Notes under the pieces: generated by a model | Databases searched by the model: none | The model's input: only the letters and a program-made list of their open reading frames with translations | Told to the model about the DNA's origin: nothing | Virus record (IMG/VR): IMGVR_UViG_3300049259_000141 | Span: 1-55,690 of that record | Origin: a virus | Lineage: Duplodnaviria > Caudoviricetes | DNA: 55,690 bases | Direction: 5' to 3' (one strand) | Position numbers and translations under genes: made by a program | Shown: positions 36,149 through 45,767 of the stretch, one piece after another | How the letters are laid out: each line of letters opens with the position of its first letter | Numbering within the stretch: position 1 is the stretch's first letter

Positions 36149-37672
36149 CTACCGCCTTCCCGACATCGCGTGTCGGATACCGCTGGTCATCTGGTGTCGT
36201 TGGATCTGCCCCTGCGCGCGGCGCGGCGGCTTCGGAATGCCGGCCTTGACCAGCCACAGCACGGCGTACACGAAGGCATCGAGCCGGTCCGGGGACTCGG
36301 TCTCATCGGTGGTCCACGTGGTCAGCTGGTCTTCGAGGTACTTGAAGACACCCACGTGGTGGGTGCGGTGCTGCTCGGACACCACGGAGACCGGCTCGGC
36401 CCGGACGCGCTTGCCCTGCTTGGCCCGGATCTTGTGGATGGCGGCGGGCAGGGTGCGGCCGTGCAGCTTCTCGGTGGTGCGGATCAGGTCGACCAGGGCC
36501 TGCCCGCCGTTGTTGACCTCGATGATGATCTCATTGCAGTTCCACAGGTCGTAGACCCGCAGGATCTCGGCCGCCCATTTGGCCGGCGAGTCGCGCATCG
36601 AGTAGTCGCCGAGGATGTACACGTGGCCGTCGCTGCCGAGGCCGGCGACGATCAGACCCGTTTCGTCGGGGTCCTGCCGGCCGCGCCGGCCCTTGTGCTC
36701 ATCGTCCGACTTGCGGTCCTCGACGGCCGGGTCAACGGCGAGCACGATGCGCACCAGGGCAAACTCATGCACGTGACCGTCGGCGTCGACCCACGTGCGC
36801 GGCAGTTCCTCGCGCCGGTCGTCGTCGATCTGCTTCTGCTTCCACAGCGCGCCCTCGACCTCTTCGAGCAGGTCGGCGTCAAGCTCTTGGCGGCCCTTGG
36901 CGGTGCCGTCGAACTTGGCGTGCAGCGCGCGCAGGGTGGACGCAGGCAGGTTGGCCCGGTTCGAGTCGGTGGTGCCGCGCCGGGTCTCGCAGTACGGATC
37001 CTTCAGCAGGTCCTTAATCACCGACAATGGAAGCGGTGTGGTGGTTGCGACAATTTGCGGATGCCGTCCGAGTCGCATTCCAAACAAAAGCATTTCCCAA
37101 GCGTCGACCGCCCGCTTGGCCACTTGTGCCAATTCATCTACCCAAGCCCTATGGTGCTGCGGGCCGCGTAGGCGGGCCGGTTTCTCCGCGCTGAAGAGCT
37201 TGTACCGGCTGCCCGTCATCGGAATGATCAGCTCGCCGATCGACCGGTTCCACGTGTACTGGACCCCCATGCGCAGCAGCACCGACTCAAGCCCGGACTC
37301 ACCCTCGACGCAGGTGTCCCGGGCGTCCGCGAAGGTCGGGGCGACGATGGCCATCCGCCAGTTACTGTTCAGCACGCCGGCCGCAGCCATGTCCTCGGCG
37401 GCCGAGCGCGTCTTGCCGGCACCACGGCCAGCCAGATACAGGGTGACGTCCCAAGCCTGGCCGAGCGGTGTGCGCTGCTCGGGGCGGCACGTCGAGCAGG
37501 AGTGGCACAGCGTGCCCGGCACGCGCTCCCAGTGCACCGCCAGCTCGGGAGATGGCCAGTTGGCCGGGTCCGGATCCTGGCAGCTGCTGTCACGCCAGTC
37601 GCGCAGCACGCGCAGCCAGTCGGCTTCCGCCTCGGCGTCGAGCATGTTCGCTGCGACGCCGAGGAAACTCAC
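36149..37672 (-). CDS. terL: terminase large subunit
   Basis: Walker A AGRGAGKT, 'LRGPQHHRAWVDE' Walker B, nuclease motifs 'LAVDPA' and 'SPDRLDAFVYA'. GTG start overlaps the terS stop. Confidence 0.95.
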   Translation of the reverse strand: MSFLGVAANMLDAEAEADWLRVLRDWRDSSCQDPDPANWPSPELAVHWERVPGTLCHSCSTCRPEQRTPLGQAWDVTLYLAGRGAGKTRSAAEDMAAAGVLNSNWRMAIVAPTFADARDTCVEGESGLESVLLRMGVQYTWNRSIGELIIPMTGSRYKLFSAEKPARLRGPQHHRAWVDELAQVAKRAVDAWEMLLFGMRLGRHPQIVATTTPLPLSVIKDLLKDPYCETRRGTTDSNRANLPASTLRALHAKFDGTAKGRQELDADLLEEVEGALWKQKQIDDDRREELPRTWVDADGHVHEFALVRIVLAVDPAVEDRKSDDEHKGRRGRQDPDETGLIVAGLGSDGHVYILGDYSMRDSPAKWAAEILRVYDLWNCNEIIIEVNNGGQALVDLIRTTEKLHGRTLPAAIHKIRAKQGKRVRAEPVSVVSEQHRTHHVGVFKYLEDQLTTWTTDETESPDRLDAFVYAVLWLVKAGIPKPPRRAQGQIQRHQMTSGIRHAMSGRR

Positions 37673-38247
37673 GCGGCCTCGACGATCCGCAGGTGGCGCG
37701 CGAACACCTTCGCCGCCTCTGCCCGCTGCTCGGGGCCGATGCCGAGCTCTTCGAGGCCGGCGGTGAACGCCTGCCGCACCATGGCCGCCTGCTGCTCCTC
37801 GATACGGGCAAGTCGTTCGTCGATGTTGAGCCGGGCCAGCGTGGCCAGCGCGGTGATCGCACGGTCGAGGGCGCGTTCCCACACCAGGATCTCGGCGCGC
37901 ACCGTCTCGACGCCCAGCTCCGAGAAGGTGGACACGCTGGTGATGTTGTCCAGCTCTTCGCGGCACAAGTTCTTCCACTGCACCACTTCGCCGGCGAGCT
38001 GTTGCAGGGCGTGCAGCGGGTTCTCAATCGAGGGGGCGAGTCCGAGGCGTGCGGCCGCGTTGCCGATCCTCTCCTCGATGCGCGCCTTTTCGGCGGCTAT
38101 GCGCGGACCGGGCAGGTTGCCGCCATGCGTGGGGCAGCGTGTCTGATGGTCCCGGGGGAAGCGACGGCACAGGCCGGTCGGATTCTTTTCGGTGACCTTC
38201 TGCTTGGCACCGCACCGTGGCTTGTCTGATGTCTGATTGTTCGGCAT
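37669..38247 (-). CDS. terS: terminase small subunit
   Basis: Directly upstream of terL, 'RCGAK...C...RCPTHGG' N-terminus and helical C-terminus. Confidence 0.75.
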   Translation of the reverse strand: MPNNQTSDKPRCGAKQKVTEKNPTGLCRRFPRDHQTRCPTHGGNLPGPRIAAEKARIEERIGNAAARLGLAPSIENPLHALQQLAGEVVQWKNLCREELDNITSVSTFSELGVETVRAEILVWERALDRAITALATLARLNIDERLARIEEQQAAMVRQAFTAGLEELGIGPEQRAEAAKVFARHLRIVEAA

Positions 38248-38325
38248 TGCGTCCCCTCCGTCCCCAGGGCACTGTCAAGCCCTAACGAAACGGTACACGA
38301 CGTTTGATCGTTCACGCACTGTCGG

Positions 38326-38733
38326 CTACAGCGCGTAGTGCGGCATATCGTCGTAGGCGCAGGTGTTGACCACGAGGAACATAGCTGGCACGCGGCGGTC
38401 GTGGGGGTCGAGCTTGCGGGGTATGACGCGCTGTGAGGTGCGCACCACGTACTCGGGGGAGTCGTTGGGTAGAACACCAGTTCGAACCAAGGCGTCGATG
38501 CAGTGTTTCAAAGTGGCAGCGATATTGTCGGAATCAGCCACCCTGTTGTCACCCTTGTACCACACCAATTCGACCGTGATCGGATGGATATCACGCGGCA
38601 CTTTTCCCTTAGCGACCAGTGCGGTGCCCTTGAGAATTGCCTTGGCGAGGCGTCGCTGCTCGGGCCATGAGTCGCGCGAGTTCATTGTTAGCGGCGGCTT
38701 CAGCCACGGCAGGGGCACGACATACTCGGTCAC
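38326..38733 (-). CDS. rusA: RusA-like Holliday junction resolvase
   Basis: 'DSDNIAATLKHCIDALVRTGVLPNDSPEYV' catalytic motif. Confidence 0.8.
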   Translation of the reverse strand: MTEYVVPLPWLKPPLTMNSRDSWPEQRRLAKAILKGTALVAKGKVPRDIHPITVELVWYKGDNRVADSDNIAATLKHCIDALVRTGVLPNDSPEYVVRTSQRVIPRKLDPHDRRVPAMFLVVNTCAYDDMPHYAL

Positions 38734-38752
38734 CCCACCATGGTAGCCGGTG

Positions 38753-40108
38753 TCAACGACGAAGGAACACCGGCAGCACAAAGCCCACCCCCGAGACCAG
38801 GTCGGCCGCCACGTCGATCGTCGCTGGCCACGTCGCGAAACCGCCCGACTTGTACTTGCCGAACAGCACGCCGATCGAACTGGCACCGGCGTCAGCGAAG
38901 TCGGCGAAACCGAACGTCGGCGCATCCGAGTAGCCGCGCACCGACACCACCACCAGCCGCAGCCCGTCCACCGCCGGCGTCGGAACCCCGCTGATCGGCT
39001 TGTCCACCTTGCCGGCGGTCTCCCACATCACGTCATCCGAGACCGAGGTGCCCAGCAGCGCGCCGGGCCCCCCGCCGGCGGGAACGTCGTAGACGGCGAA
39101 GCCGTTGTTCCCGGTGATGCTGTGCGTCGCCGGATCGTTGGTGCTGAACGTGAACGCCCCGCCGATCGGGACACCGGCCTTGACCGGGACCAGCGCCGCC
39201 CACGCCTCGTTGTTGATCGTCGACACTTTGGTGACCGCGTGCAGCGGCAGGTTGCAGCTGTGGCCACCGAAGCGTTCGGCGTCAGGGTTGGGCTGCGGCG
39301 GCACCGACTGCAAGGCTGTGTCGGCGAGACCGAGGCTGGCCGAGACGGCGGCCGTCAGGTCGGCCTCGGGGATGCCGGGGCCGGGCTTGACGTATGCGGC
39401 GTTGGCGGCTGTCTGCGCCGTGCCGGCCGCAGACAGGGCTGACGCCGCCGCCGTGGCCGCCCCGGCCGCCGCGTTGGCCGCCGCCACCACGTCGTCATCG
39501 TTCTGCGCGAGGCGCGACGTCAGCCCCGAGACGGAGCCCTGCGGGATGCCGGTGCCAACACCGACGGCAGGGTTCAGCGGGTCGGTGTCGTCGACCGTGA
39601 TCGTGCCGTTCAACGCCGCCACCGACTCGATGCCCGACCCACCACCGCCGGGCGGTAGGAACTGCGAGGGGACGTGGCCGCCCACCAGCGGGGCCACCAT
39701 CACACCCACCGCAGAGAGCGGGAGGTACGCGTACGCCGGGCTGGGGGTCGGCGCGGCGGCGGCGAGCAGCTGTTCGAAGCTGGCGTCCGCGTTGATCTGC
39801 ACGAAGAACTTGCGGTAGAACACCGAGGCATCGGCCAGCACGGCCCGAACGGTGACCTCATAGGCCCATCCGGATGGGGACACACCGCTGATGACGGCGG
39901 CCGGCATCGGGTCCGACGCGGTGTTGATCGTGCCGTCGGACCCGATGTCGAACGACCAAATGCCGGGGGCGAGCACGATATGGTCGATGCCGTCGCTCAA
40001 TGCGTACGGCATTCGGAAGGTGACCGTGCCGCCGGTGGCGGTCACACCCTTGTGGTTGGCCACCGTTCCGGTGACTGTGATCGGCGTGACGCCACCCGGC
40101 AGGGCCAT
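38753..40108 (-). CDS. tail fibre-like / minor virion protein
   Basis: Actinophage fibre N-terminus ('VTGTV...GTVTF...PSGWAYEVTVR') and 'AYVKPGPGIPEADLTAAVSASLGLADTALQS' fibre motif. Confidence 0.7.
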   Translation of the reverse strand: MALPGGVTPITVTGTVANHKGVTATGGTVTFRMPYALSDGIDHIVLAPGIWSFDIGSDGTINTASDPMPAAVISGVSPSGWAYEVTVRAVLADASVFYRKFFVQINADASFEQLLAAAAPTPSPAYAYLPLSAVGVMVAPLVGGHVPSQFLPPGGGGSGIESVAALNGTITVDDTDPLNPAVGVGTGIPQGSVSGLTSRLAQNDDDVVAAANAAAGAATAAASALSAAGTAQTAANAAYVKPGPGIPEADLTAAVSASLGLADTALQSVPPQPNPDAERFGGHSCNLPLHAVTKVSTINNEAWAALVPVKAGVPIGGAFTFSTNDPATHSITGNNGFAVYDVPAGGGPGALLGTSVSDDVMWETAGKVDKPISGVPTPAVDGLRLVVVSVRGYSDAPTFGFADFADAGASSIGVLFGKYKSGGFATWPATIDVAADLVSGVGFVLPVFLRR

Positions 40109-40111
40109 CGG

Positions 40112-41074
40112 TCAGTTGCTCGCCGAGACGGCCGCCGAGGGCGGCGGCGTGTCGACGCCGACCCGCGAGATCCGCACCCACTCGGCCAGCGTCGCCTGCG
40201 ACACCCACGCCGTTTTCGCTTCGGGGAACGCCCCCAGCAGACTTTCCTGCTCGGAATTGGGGCCGCTGCTGACCAGGCCCACGTACACGCCCTGGTCGTT
40301 GCGCCACACACCATGGGGGTACAGCGGCTCGCCCTTGTTCACGTTCGGGTCGGCCTCGGCCAGAAACAGCACCTGCTGAAACGGCATGTCGTCATCCCCT
40401 TCGTCATCCGGCCCGGGGGCCGGGGGCTTGCTTCCCGGCGTCAGATCTGCCTGCGTGAAGGCTACCTGCCGGGACCGGTCGCCCAGGCCTTGCATGCCGG
40501 CGACCGGTGCGGCGTCGGTGTACTGCCAGACGGCGAGTCGCGGGTGCGAGTACCCGGACTGGTTCAGACCATTCGCCCAGTCCACCGAACCGGGGTAGGC
40601 CGCGACCATCAGGTACACGTCGGCGTCGGCCCAATCATCGGGCCGCATGATCGTCTGCCAGAACGAGCGCGACGCATAGATGATGATCTTTCGCTGGCCG
40701 GTGCGCTGCCGGTACGCCGTGATGAACCCCGCCACCCACGTGTTGACGTTGCCGGCCGTCCACGTCACGCCGGTCGTGTCCTCGACATCGAGCATCGGCA
40801 GCAGCGCGCCGTCGTCGAACGCGCCTACCGGCCCGGCCACGTCGAAGAAGTGGCCGAAGTCGGCGGCCGGGCTGAACCGGGAGTCGGCGAAATGGTAGGC
40901 CCCGACCAGACCCCCGGCGGCCCGTGCGCCAGCGAACTGGCCGACGAACAGCGGGCTGGTGTAGGCGGCCGAGCCGGACGCCTGCGTGGCCTTGGCCCAC
41001 ACCGCCGGCGTGTCGCGGATGTAGGCGGCCCAGTCCGTCACGTTGTTGTGGCTGCTCACGTCACCAATGAACAT
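40112..41074 (-). CDS. endolysin, GH25 muramidase
   Basis: 'DVSSHN...KATQ...GAYHF...PMLDVE...IIYAS...WQYT', then a Pro linker and C-terminal domain. Confidence 0.9.
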   Translation of the reverse strand: MFIGDVSSHNNVTDWAAYIRDTPAVWAKATQASGSAAYTSPLFVGQFAGARAAGGLVGAYHFADSRFSPAADFGHFFDVAGPVGAFDDGALLPMLDVEDTTGVTWTAGNVNTWVAGFITAYRQRTGQRKIIIYASRSFWQTIMRPDDWADADVYLMVAAYPGSVDWANGLNQSGYSHPRLAVWQYTDAAPVAGMQGLGDRSRQVAFTQADLTPGSKPPAPGPDDEGDDDMPFQQVLFLAEADPNVNKGEPLYPHGVWRNDQGVYVGLVSSGPNSEQESLLGAFPEAKTAWVSQATLAEWVRISRVGVDTPPPSAAVSASN

Positions 41075-41107
41075 GGTCGTCCCCTTCCCTGCTGTGGCCA
41101 CGGTACG

Positions 41108-42439
41108 TCAGTCCACGTCGGTGATGTCGCCCCAATGCGCCCGCCAGCGCAACGTCACCGTGCCGGTCGTGCCGTGCCGGTTCTTCGCCAAGATGAACTC
41201 GACGTCACCGGTGGGCACCTGCTCGCCGGTGGTCGTCTCCGCCGTCGGCCGGTGAAGCAGGATGATGCCGTCCGCGTCCTGCTCCAGTCGACCGGTCTCG
41301 CGCAGATGCTCTTTGCGCGGAACCCCGTCAGCACCGGACCGGTTGAGCTGGGCCAGGGCGACGACCGGGATCTCCAGTTCCTTGGCCAGCCGCTTCAAGC
41401 CAGACGACATCTCAGCGACTTCTTCTTGCCGGTTGCGACCGCCGCTAGACGTGAGCAGCTGCACATAGTCGACCACGATGAAGTCGAGTCCGATGGTGCG
41501 TTTGCGGGTGCGCGCCGTGGACGCGATCAGCGGCACAGAGATGTCTGAGGCGTCCACGATGCCCAGGCGCAAGCCGGCCGAGCGCATCCACTCCACGTGG
41601 TCGGCGGCCGACCGCAGAACCCGCTGTGACGGGGCAAACGAGGTGAACTCGGACAGCTCCTCGCGCAGGGCCCGGGCGATCCACCGGTCCATGATCTCGC
41701 GCCGGGTCATCTCGGCCGAGAAGAACAGGCCGCTGTACCCCGATTCGGCCGCCGTCATGGCCAGCGCCCCACCGGCCAGGGTTTTGCCGTCGCCGGGTCG
41801 GGCCCCGAACACGTAGAAGCCGCCGGGGCGTAGGCCGCCGCCGCTGAACTTCTCGTTGATTGACGCCCACGGGGTGGGGATCACCTCGGCCGGCGGCCCC
41901 TCGGTGAGCCCGGCGAGATATTCCGGCCCGTAGTCGGCGACTTCGACCACGAGATCCGGCGTGCCGCTGTCGTGCGTGGCTTCGATGTCGCGGAGCAGCT
42001 CGCGCAGCTTGGCCGCGTGCTGCGGGTCGTCGAGGCCGCCCTGCTCGGCCAGCTGCGCCAGTCGTTGCCCGTGCTGGGCCAGCTTGCGGGACCGGGCCGC
42101 GCCGGCGACCCGGGAGGCAGCCAGCAGGGCGTGTTCGGCGACGGGGGCCGTGGTGCACTCGCGGGTGATGATGTCGAGCGCCAGACGGGTGCTGATGCCG
42201 GTGCCGTCGGCGGCGAGCGCCGCGTGCACGGCGGCCACGTCGATCGGTGTGCCGTTGTGGCGGAAGGTGCTGGCGATGTGCCAGATCAGCCCGCGCGCGG
42301 GGCTGAGAAAGTCGCCCGGCTTCACCAGGCGCAGCACGTCGTCGAAGACCTCGACCAGATCGGGGAACATGATCAGACCGAGCAGGGTCGCTTCGTCTTG
42401 GTTGACGATTGCCTGCCGGTCGGCGGTGGACAGGGTCAC
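41108..42439 (-). CDS. dnaB: replicative DNA helicase
   Basis: 'GARPGDGKT', 'FFSAEM', 'VVDYVQLL', 'LAQLNR', 'LRETGRLEQDAD', 'AKNRHG'. Confidence 0.95.
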   Translation of the reverse strand: MTLSTADRQAIVNQDEATLLGLIMFPDLVEVFDDVLRLVKPGDFLSPARGLIWHIASTFRHNGTPIDVAAVHAALAADGTGISTRLALDIITRECTTAPVAEHALLAASRVAGAARSRKLAQHGQRLAQLAEQGGLDDPQHAAKLRELLRDIEATHDSGTPDLVVEVADYGPEYLAGLTEGPPAEVIPTPWASINEKFSGGGLRPGGFYVFGARPGDGKTLAGGALAMTAAESGYSGLFFSAEMTRREIMDRWIARALREELSEFTSFAPSQRVLRSAADHVEWMRSAGLRLGIVDASDISVPLIASTARTRKRTIGLDFIVVDYVQLLTSSGGRNRQEEVAEMSSGLKRLAKELEIPVVALAQLNRSGADGVPRKEHLRETGRLEQDADGIILLHRPTAETTTGEQVPTGDVEFILAKNRHGTTGTVTLRWRAHWGDITDVD

Positions 42440-42903
42440 GACTCGGCCCGGAAGTTCTTCCGGTTCTCCGCTGCCCACTTCTTCCACTCGGCCGGCGGCA
42501 GCTGCCGCAGCACCTTGTCGGCGATTCCGTTGAGCCATTCGTGACGGTAGTTCTGCCAGAACCGCTCGGCCGTGTCGAAGTCGACTTCGCGGCCGAGGTG
42601 TTCGTTGATCACCTGGCGGCCGATCTCGTGCTGCCAGCAGAAGAACCGGGCCAGCCGGTACAGGCCGCGCTGCTCTTCGATCTGGCTGTGCACGTGAGCG
42701 ATCTTCACGTAGCCGGTGTGATTGAGGTTCAACCAGCGAGCGGCGGTCATGGCCTCTTCGACCGTCCACTGCCCGTCCTCGATCGCGTAACGCCACCGAA
42801 CACTCTGCGTCTCATCGAAGGCCTGCCCCGTGTCGAGCATGGACAGGAACTCGCGAATAGCGGCGTTGGGGAACGTCTCACTGGGGGGTAGAATCGGCAG
42901 CAT
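42436..42903 (-). CDS. putative helicase loader/inhibitor
   Basis: Position between the initiator and dnaB; function inferred from synteny only. Confidence 0.5.
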   Translation of the reverse strand: MLPILPPSETFPNAAIREFLSMLDTGQAFDETQSVRWRYAIEDGQWTVEEAMTAARWLNLNHTGYVKIAHVHSQIEEQRGLYRLARFFCWQHEIGRQVINEHLGREVDFDTAERFWQNYRHEWLNGIADKVLRQLPPAEWKKWAAENRKNFRAES

Positions 42904-42984
42904 CAGCCGTACACCTCTTCCGGTTGATCACACCCCCGGACCCTGCCAGGTCGCGGGGGACTTTCTTGCACCGTAGCACGGTGA

Positions 42985-44082
42985 TCACGCATCCGGGAAC
43001 AACGCGGCCAGGGACACCGCACGAGCCTGGTAGGCCGTCGCACCCTGCGGCAGCGAGATCGTGCGATCGTTCAACACGACCTGACGGCCGGGACGCTGCG
43101 CCGACCAGTTGCCCGGCTGCACATCGGCCATGGCCCGCATGACCCACGCACCGCGCTTCTCGGCCGCGCGCCGGACAGCGGCCAGGATGTGCACCGGGTT
43201 GTTGCCGGCAGCCACCAGGCCCTTGACTTCCTTGCCGACCTGGCCGATCTGCCGGCCCGACGGCTCAAAGCCGAAACCACGAGCGGCCTCGACGAACAAC
43301 CCGACCAGCGTCTTTGTCCACTCGGACGGGGTGTGCTGCTCGCGGGGCATCTGCCACGCCTCAGCGTCGAAGCGCGGAGCGTCCACCGGGGCCGAACGCT
43401 TCCGCTTGCCCGTCTCCGCGACCTCAGGCAGCAGCCACGACTCGGAGAGGTTCGGCACGGCCGGCACAGCCGAGACGGGCACCAGATCGGTGGACGGCGG
43501 CTCGATGGCCAGGAGCGGTGGACCTTCGAGGCCGGGCAGTTCGTCGTCGATCAGCTCGGCGTCGAGGACATCCTCGGCCAGTGACGCGGCAGCGGCATCG
43601 GAAAGAGGGGAAGGGTGATCTTTTACGGGTAGGTCAGGGAGGGAAGGTAGGTACGCATCAACTGCGTTGGGGTCAGGGTCTACAACGCAGTTGGTGCGTA
43701 CCCCCTGCTGCCTCTGCTTGTAGTTGCGCCACCGCTCTGCGGCTAGTTCGGCGCGGTGTTGCTGCGCCTCGACGAACGGCTTGCGCAAGGCTTCGAAGTC
43801 GGCCAACAAATTCAGGTGGTAGCGCCCGCTACCACCTGGGCCCTTACCGTCCGGGATGAGCAGGTCAGCCTCCACGGCAGCCTTGACAATGCGGGGGATG
43901 GACCGGACCCGAAGACCTGTCGCCTCAGCGATCGTGGCGTACGACGGGTAGGCGTTGCGGCCGGTCGCGTAGTCGGCGTGGTGGATGTAGACCTTGATCA
44001 CTTCTTTCATCCGCCACAGTGCGCGGTTGTGTCCGTCGATCAAGGTTGGCAAGCGGAGTGAGTACTCCGCTACGGTCAGCAC
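42985..44082 (-). CDS. replication initiator with N-terminal HTH
   Basis: 'TGRNAYPSYATIAEATGLRVRSIPRIVKAAVEADLL' wHTH, upstream of dnaB. Confidence 0.75.
   Translation of the reverse strand: MLTVAEYSLRLPTLIDGHNRALWRMKEVIKVYIHHADYATGRNAYPSYATIAEATGLRVRSIPRIVKAAVEADLLIPDGKGPGGSGRYHLNLLADFEALRKPFVEAQQHRAELAAERWRNYKQRQQGVRTNCVVDPDPNAVDAYLPSLPDLPVKDHPSPLSDAAAASLAEDVLDAELIDDELPGLEGPPLLAIEPPSTDLVPVSAVPAVPNLSESWLLPEVAETGKRKRSAPVDAPRFDAEAWQMPREQHTPSEWTKTLVGLFVEAARGFGFEPSGRQIGQVGKEVKGLVAAGNNPVHILAAVRRAAEKRGAWVMRAMADVQPGNWSAQRPGRQVVLNDRTISLPQGATAYQARAVSLAALFPDA
43650..43702. repeat. 20-bp inverted repeat inside the initiator gene (candidate origin)
   Basis: GGTACGCATCAACTGCGTTG-13 nt-CAACGCAGTTGGTGCGTACC, 19/20 match. 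Confidence 0.75.
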
Positions 44083-44495
44083 TGGACGGCCCCCCGGCGA
44101 GCGGCACAACGGCGCTCCCGAGCCTCTCGCTCGGCGCGGCGCAAGCGCCGTTCAGTGAAGCTGTCTCGCACGGGATACAAGGCGTCACCGTCTCGGCGCA
44201 GCAACCCAGCAGTCACCGCTATACGCACCGTGGCCAGCAGTGAGCGACGCGAGTGGTGACCGTTCAGCCTGGCGTCGCGACCCTCCAGCACTCGCGTGGG
44301 GTCGTCATAGATGTCGATGGCAGCAACTGCCGCCATGACCAGCATATTGACCGCGTGGTTCGGTTTGCCGGCGGGCGTCCTGTATACCGGCAGCTCGGCG
44401 GCCCAGTAGATAAGCGGATGCTGAGCTACGTACTGCAACCGCTTGGATTCTTGGGCGTCAACCTGCTTCGTGGCATTGCCTTGCGGGTCCGTCAT
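44076..44495 (-). CDS. hypothetical (possible wHTH) protein
   Basis: 139 aa, 'SRRSLLATVRIAVTAGLLRRDG'. Confidence 0.55.
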   Translation of the reverse strand: MTDPQGNATKQVDAQESKRLQYVAQHPLIYWAAELPVYRTPAGKPNHAVNMLVMAAVAAIDIYDDPTRVLEGRDARLNGHHSRRSLLATVRIAVTAGLLRRDGDALYPVRDSFTERRLRRAEREARERRCAARRGAVQC

Positions 44496-44657
44496 CGATA
44501 GACTCCCTGCTGAGTTCTTTGGACAGCCCCGGCATATGGGTCGCAAGCCCGCCGGGGCTGTTTGGCGTTTGAGGTCCGATCCTAGCCGTCGGCGGGCCGC
44601 CGCGACAGTGCGTCACGGCGGCCCGAACGATCAGAATGTCACGGACTGGCAACAGGT

Positions 44658-45092
44658 CTAGTCCGATAGCCGATGGCCGAGCGCGAGTTCCAGCGTGCGG
44701 AAGTCGGTGATGTAGCAGCCCAGTGGCAGTCGGTCACCGTTCTCCCCGAGCAGGCACCAGCGCCAGCCGCCGAACGCGTAGACGCAGACCGGCACCATGT
44801 GCAGCGGGTCGGGGCTCAGCTTGGGGATCAGCCAGCCCAGAGCCTCCGATCGGGGTCGGTCGGCGTGCACACTGCCGGGGCCGCCGTTGTGCACGATCGG
44901 ATCGAGCGCAAGCAGGTTCGACAGGGCGTCAGTGTCGGGCCGCGAGGTGCCGCCCATGCCTTTGTTGCGCCTGTGGTGCAGGTCGAAGGTGTCGAAGTCG
45001 AGCGGTTTCCCGCTCACCTCACACCGACCACCGCACCGCTCCCACGCGGTTGCGCGCAGGGCTGGCCAGTTGGCGCGAGCTCGCTTCGTCAT
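44658..45092 (-). CDS. HNH endonuclease-like protein
   Basis: 'RCGGRCEVSG...DLHHRRNKGMGG...LSNLLAL...HN'. Confidence 0.75.
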   Translation of the reverse strand: MTKRARANWPALRATAWERCGGRCEVSGKPLDFDTFDLHHRRNKGMGGTSRPDTDALSNLLALDPIVHNGGPGSVHADRPRSEALGWLIPKLSPDPLHMVPVCVYAFGGWRWCLLGENGDRLPLGCYITDFRTLELALGHRLSD

Positions 45093-45096
45093 CGTG

Positions 45097-45158
45097 TTGA
45101 CTCCCCTCAGTCCAGTGGGTACGATCCACAGTATGCGAGCACGGCGAAGGGAGGTCAA
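45097..45158. promoter_or_regulatory. face-to-face promoter pair at the strand switch
   Basis: Plus: TTGACT(45097)-17-TACGAT. Minus: TTGACC(45158)-17-CATACT. Confidence 0.7.
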
Positions 45159-45164
45159 CCACCG

Positions 45165-45767
45165 GTGAGCACCACCAAGCGACCGACCGTCCGGATCAAG
45201 TCCCCGGACGAACTGACGGGCCAAGACCGCGAGATCCTGCGACTCAAGGCCGCCGGCAAGAGCTTCCGCGAGATCGGCGCACAGTTCCACATGACCCGCC
45301 AGGCCGCCCAGCTGGCCTACCGGCGCGCCGGCGGCCAGACCGACCGGCAGTGGCCCGTGACGAAAGACCCGAACGACGATCACATGGTCGAGGTCCGGGT
45401 GCACGAGGATGTTCACGCGGCGGCCGTCGCCCGGCTGACGGTGATCTGCGACGAAGCCGGCCTGATCGCATCCTCGCGGCCCACCCTTTCGGCGGTGTGC
45501 CGCGAGCTGCTGCGGCAGCCGCTACTGCGGCGCGAGTTCCCGCAGCTGGCCGAGCCGTTCACCAGCTCGCCGCCCGGCAGTCACGGCGGCCCGACGCAGA
45601 TCGTGCGCTGGCGGGACATCTGGGGCCGGTTCAGCACCGCACAGAACAAGATCCACCACCGTGGCTACTCGGTGAGCCAGGTGATCGAGAAGCGGCTGCG
45701 TGAGTTCGCGCTGTCCGGCAAGCTGCCGGGCGCGCTTCGGGGACATCAGACAGGGGACGAGAAGTGA
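45165..45767 (+). CDS. DNA-binding regulator: sigma-4/LuxR-like HTH plus two RHH-like segments
   Basis: 'DREILRLKAAGKSFREIGAQFHMTRQAAQLAYRRA', 'MVEVRVHEDVH...TLSAVCRELL', 'IVRWR...SVSQVIEKRLREF'. Confidence 0.7.
   Translation: MSTTKRPTVRIKSPDELTGQDREILRLKAAGKSFREIGAQFHMTRQAAQLAYRRAGGQTDRQWPVTKDPNDDHMVEVRVHEDVHAAAVARLTVICDEAGLIASSRPTLSAVCRELLRQPLLRREFPQLAEPFTSSPPGSHGGPTQIVRWRDIWGRFSTAQNKIHHRGYSVSQVIEKRLREFALSGKLPGALRGHQTGDEK

Noticed and set aside
36149-37978. 609-aa terminase start and other upstream-extended starts in the ORF track (dnaB 42796, HNH 45416, regulator 44673)
   Set aside because: The extensions overlap neighbouring real genes; downstream coupled starts fit better.
38751-38756. 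TTGACA upstream of rusA as a member of the promoter family
   Set aside because: No -10 box at 17-18 bp spacing; it coincides with the stop codon of the upstream gene.
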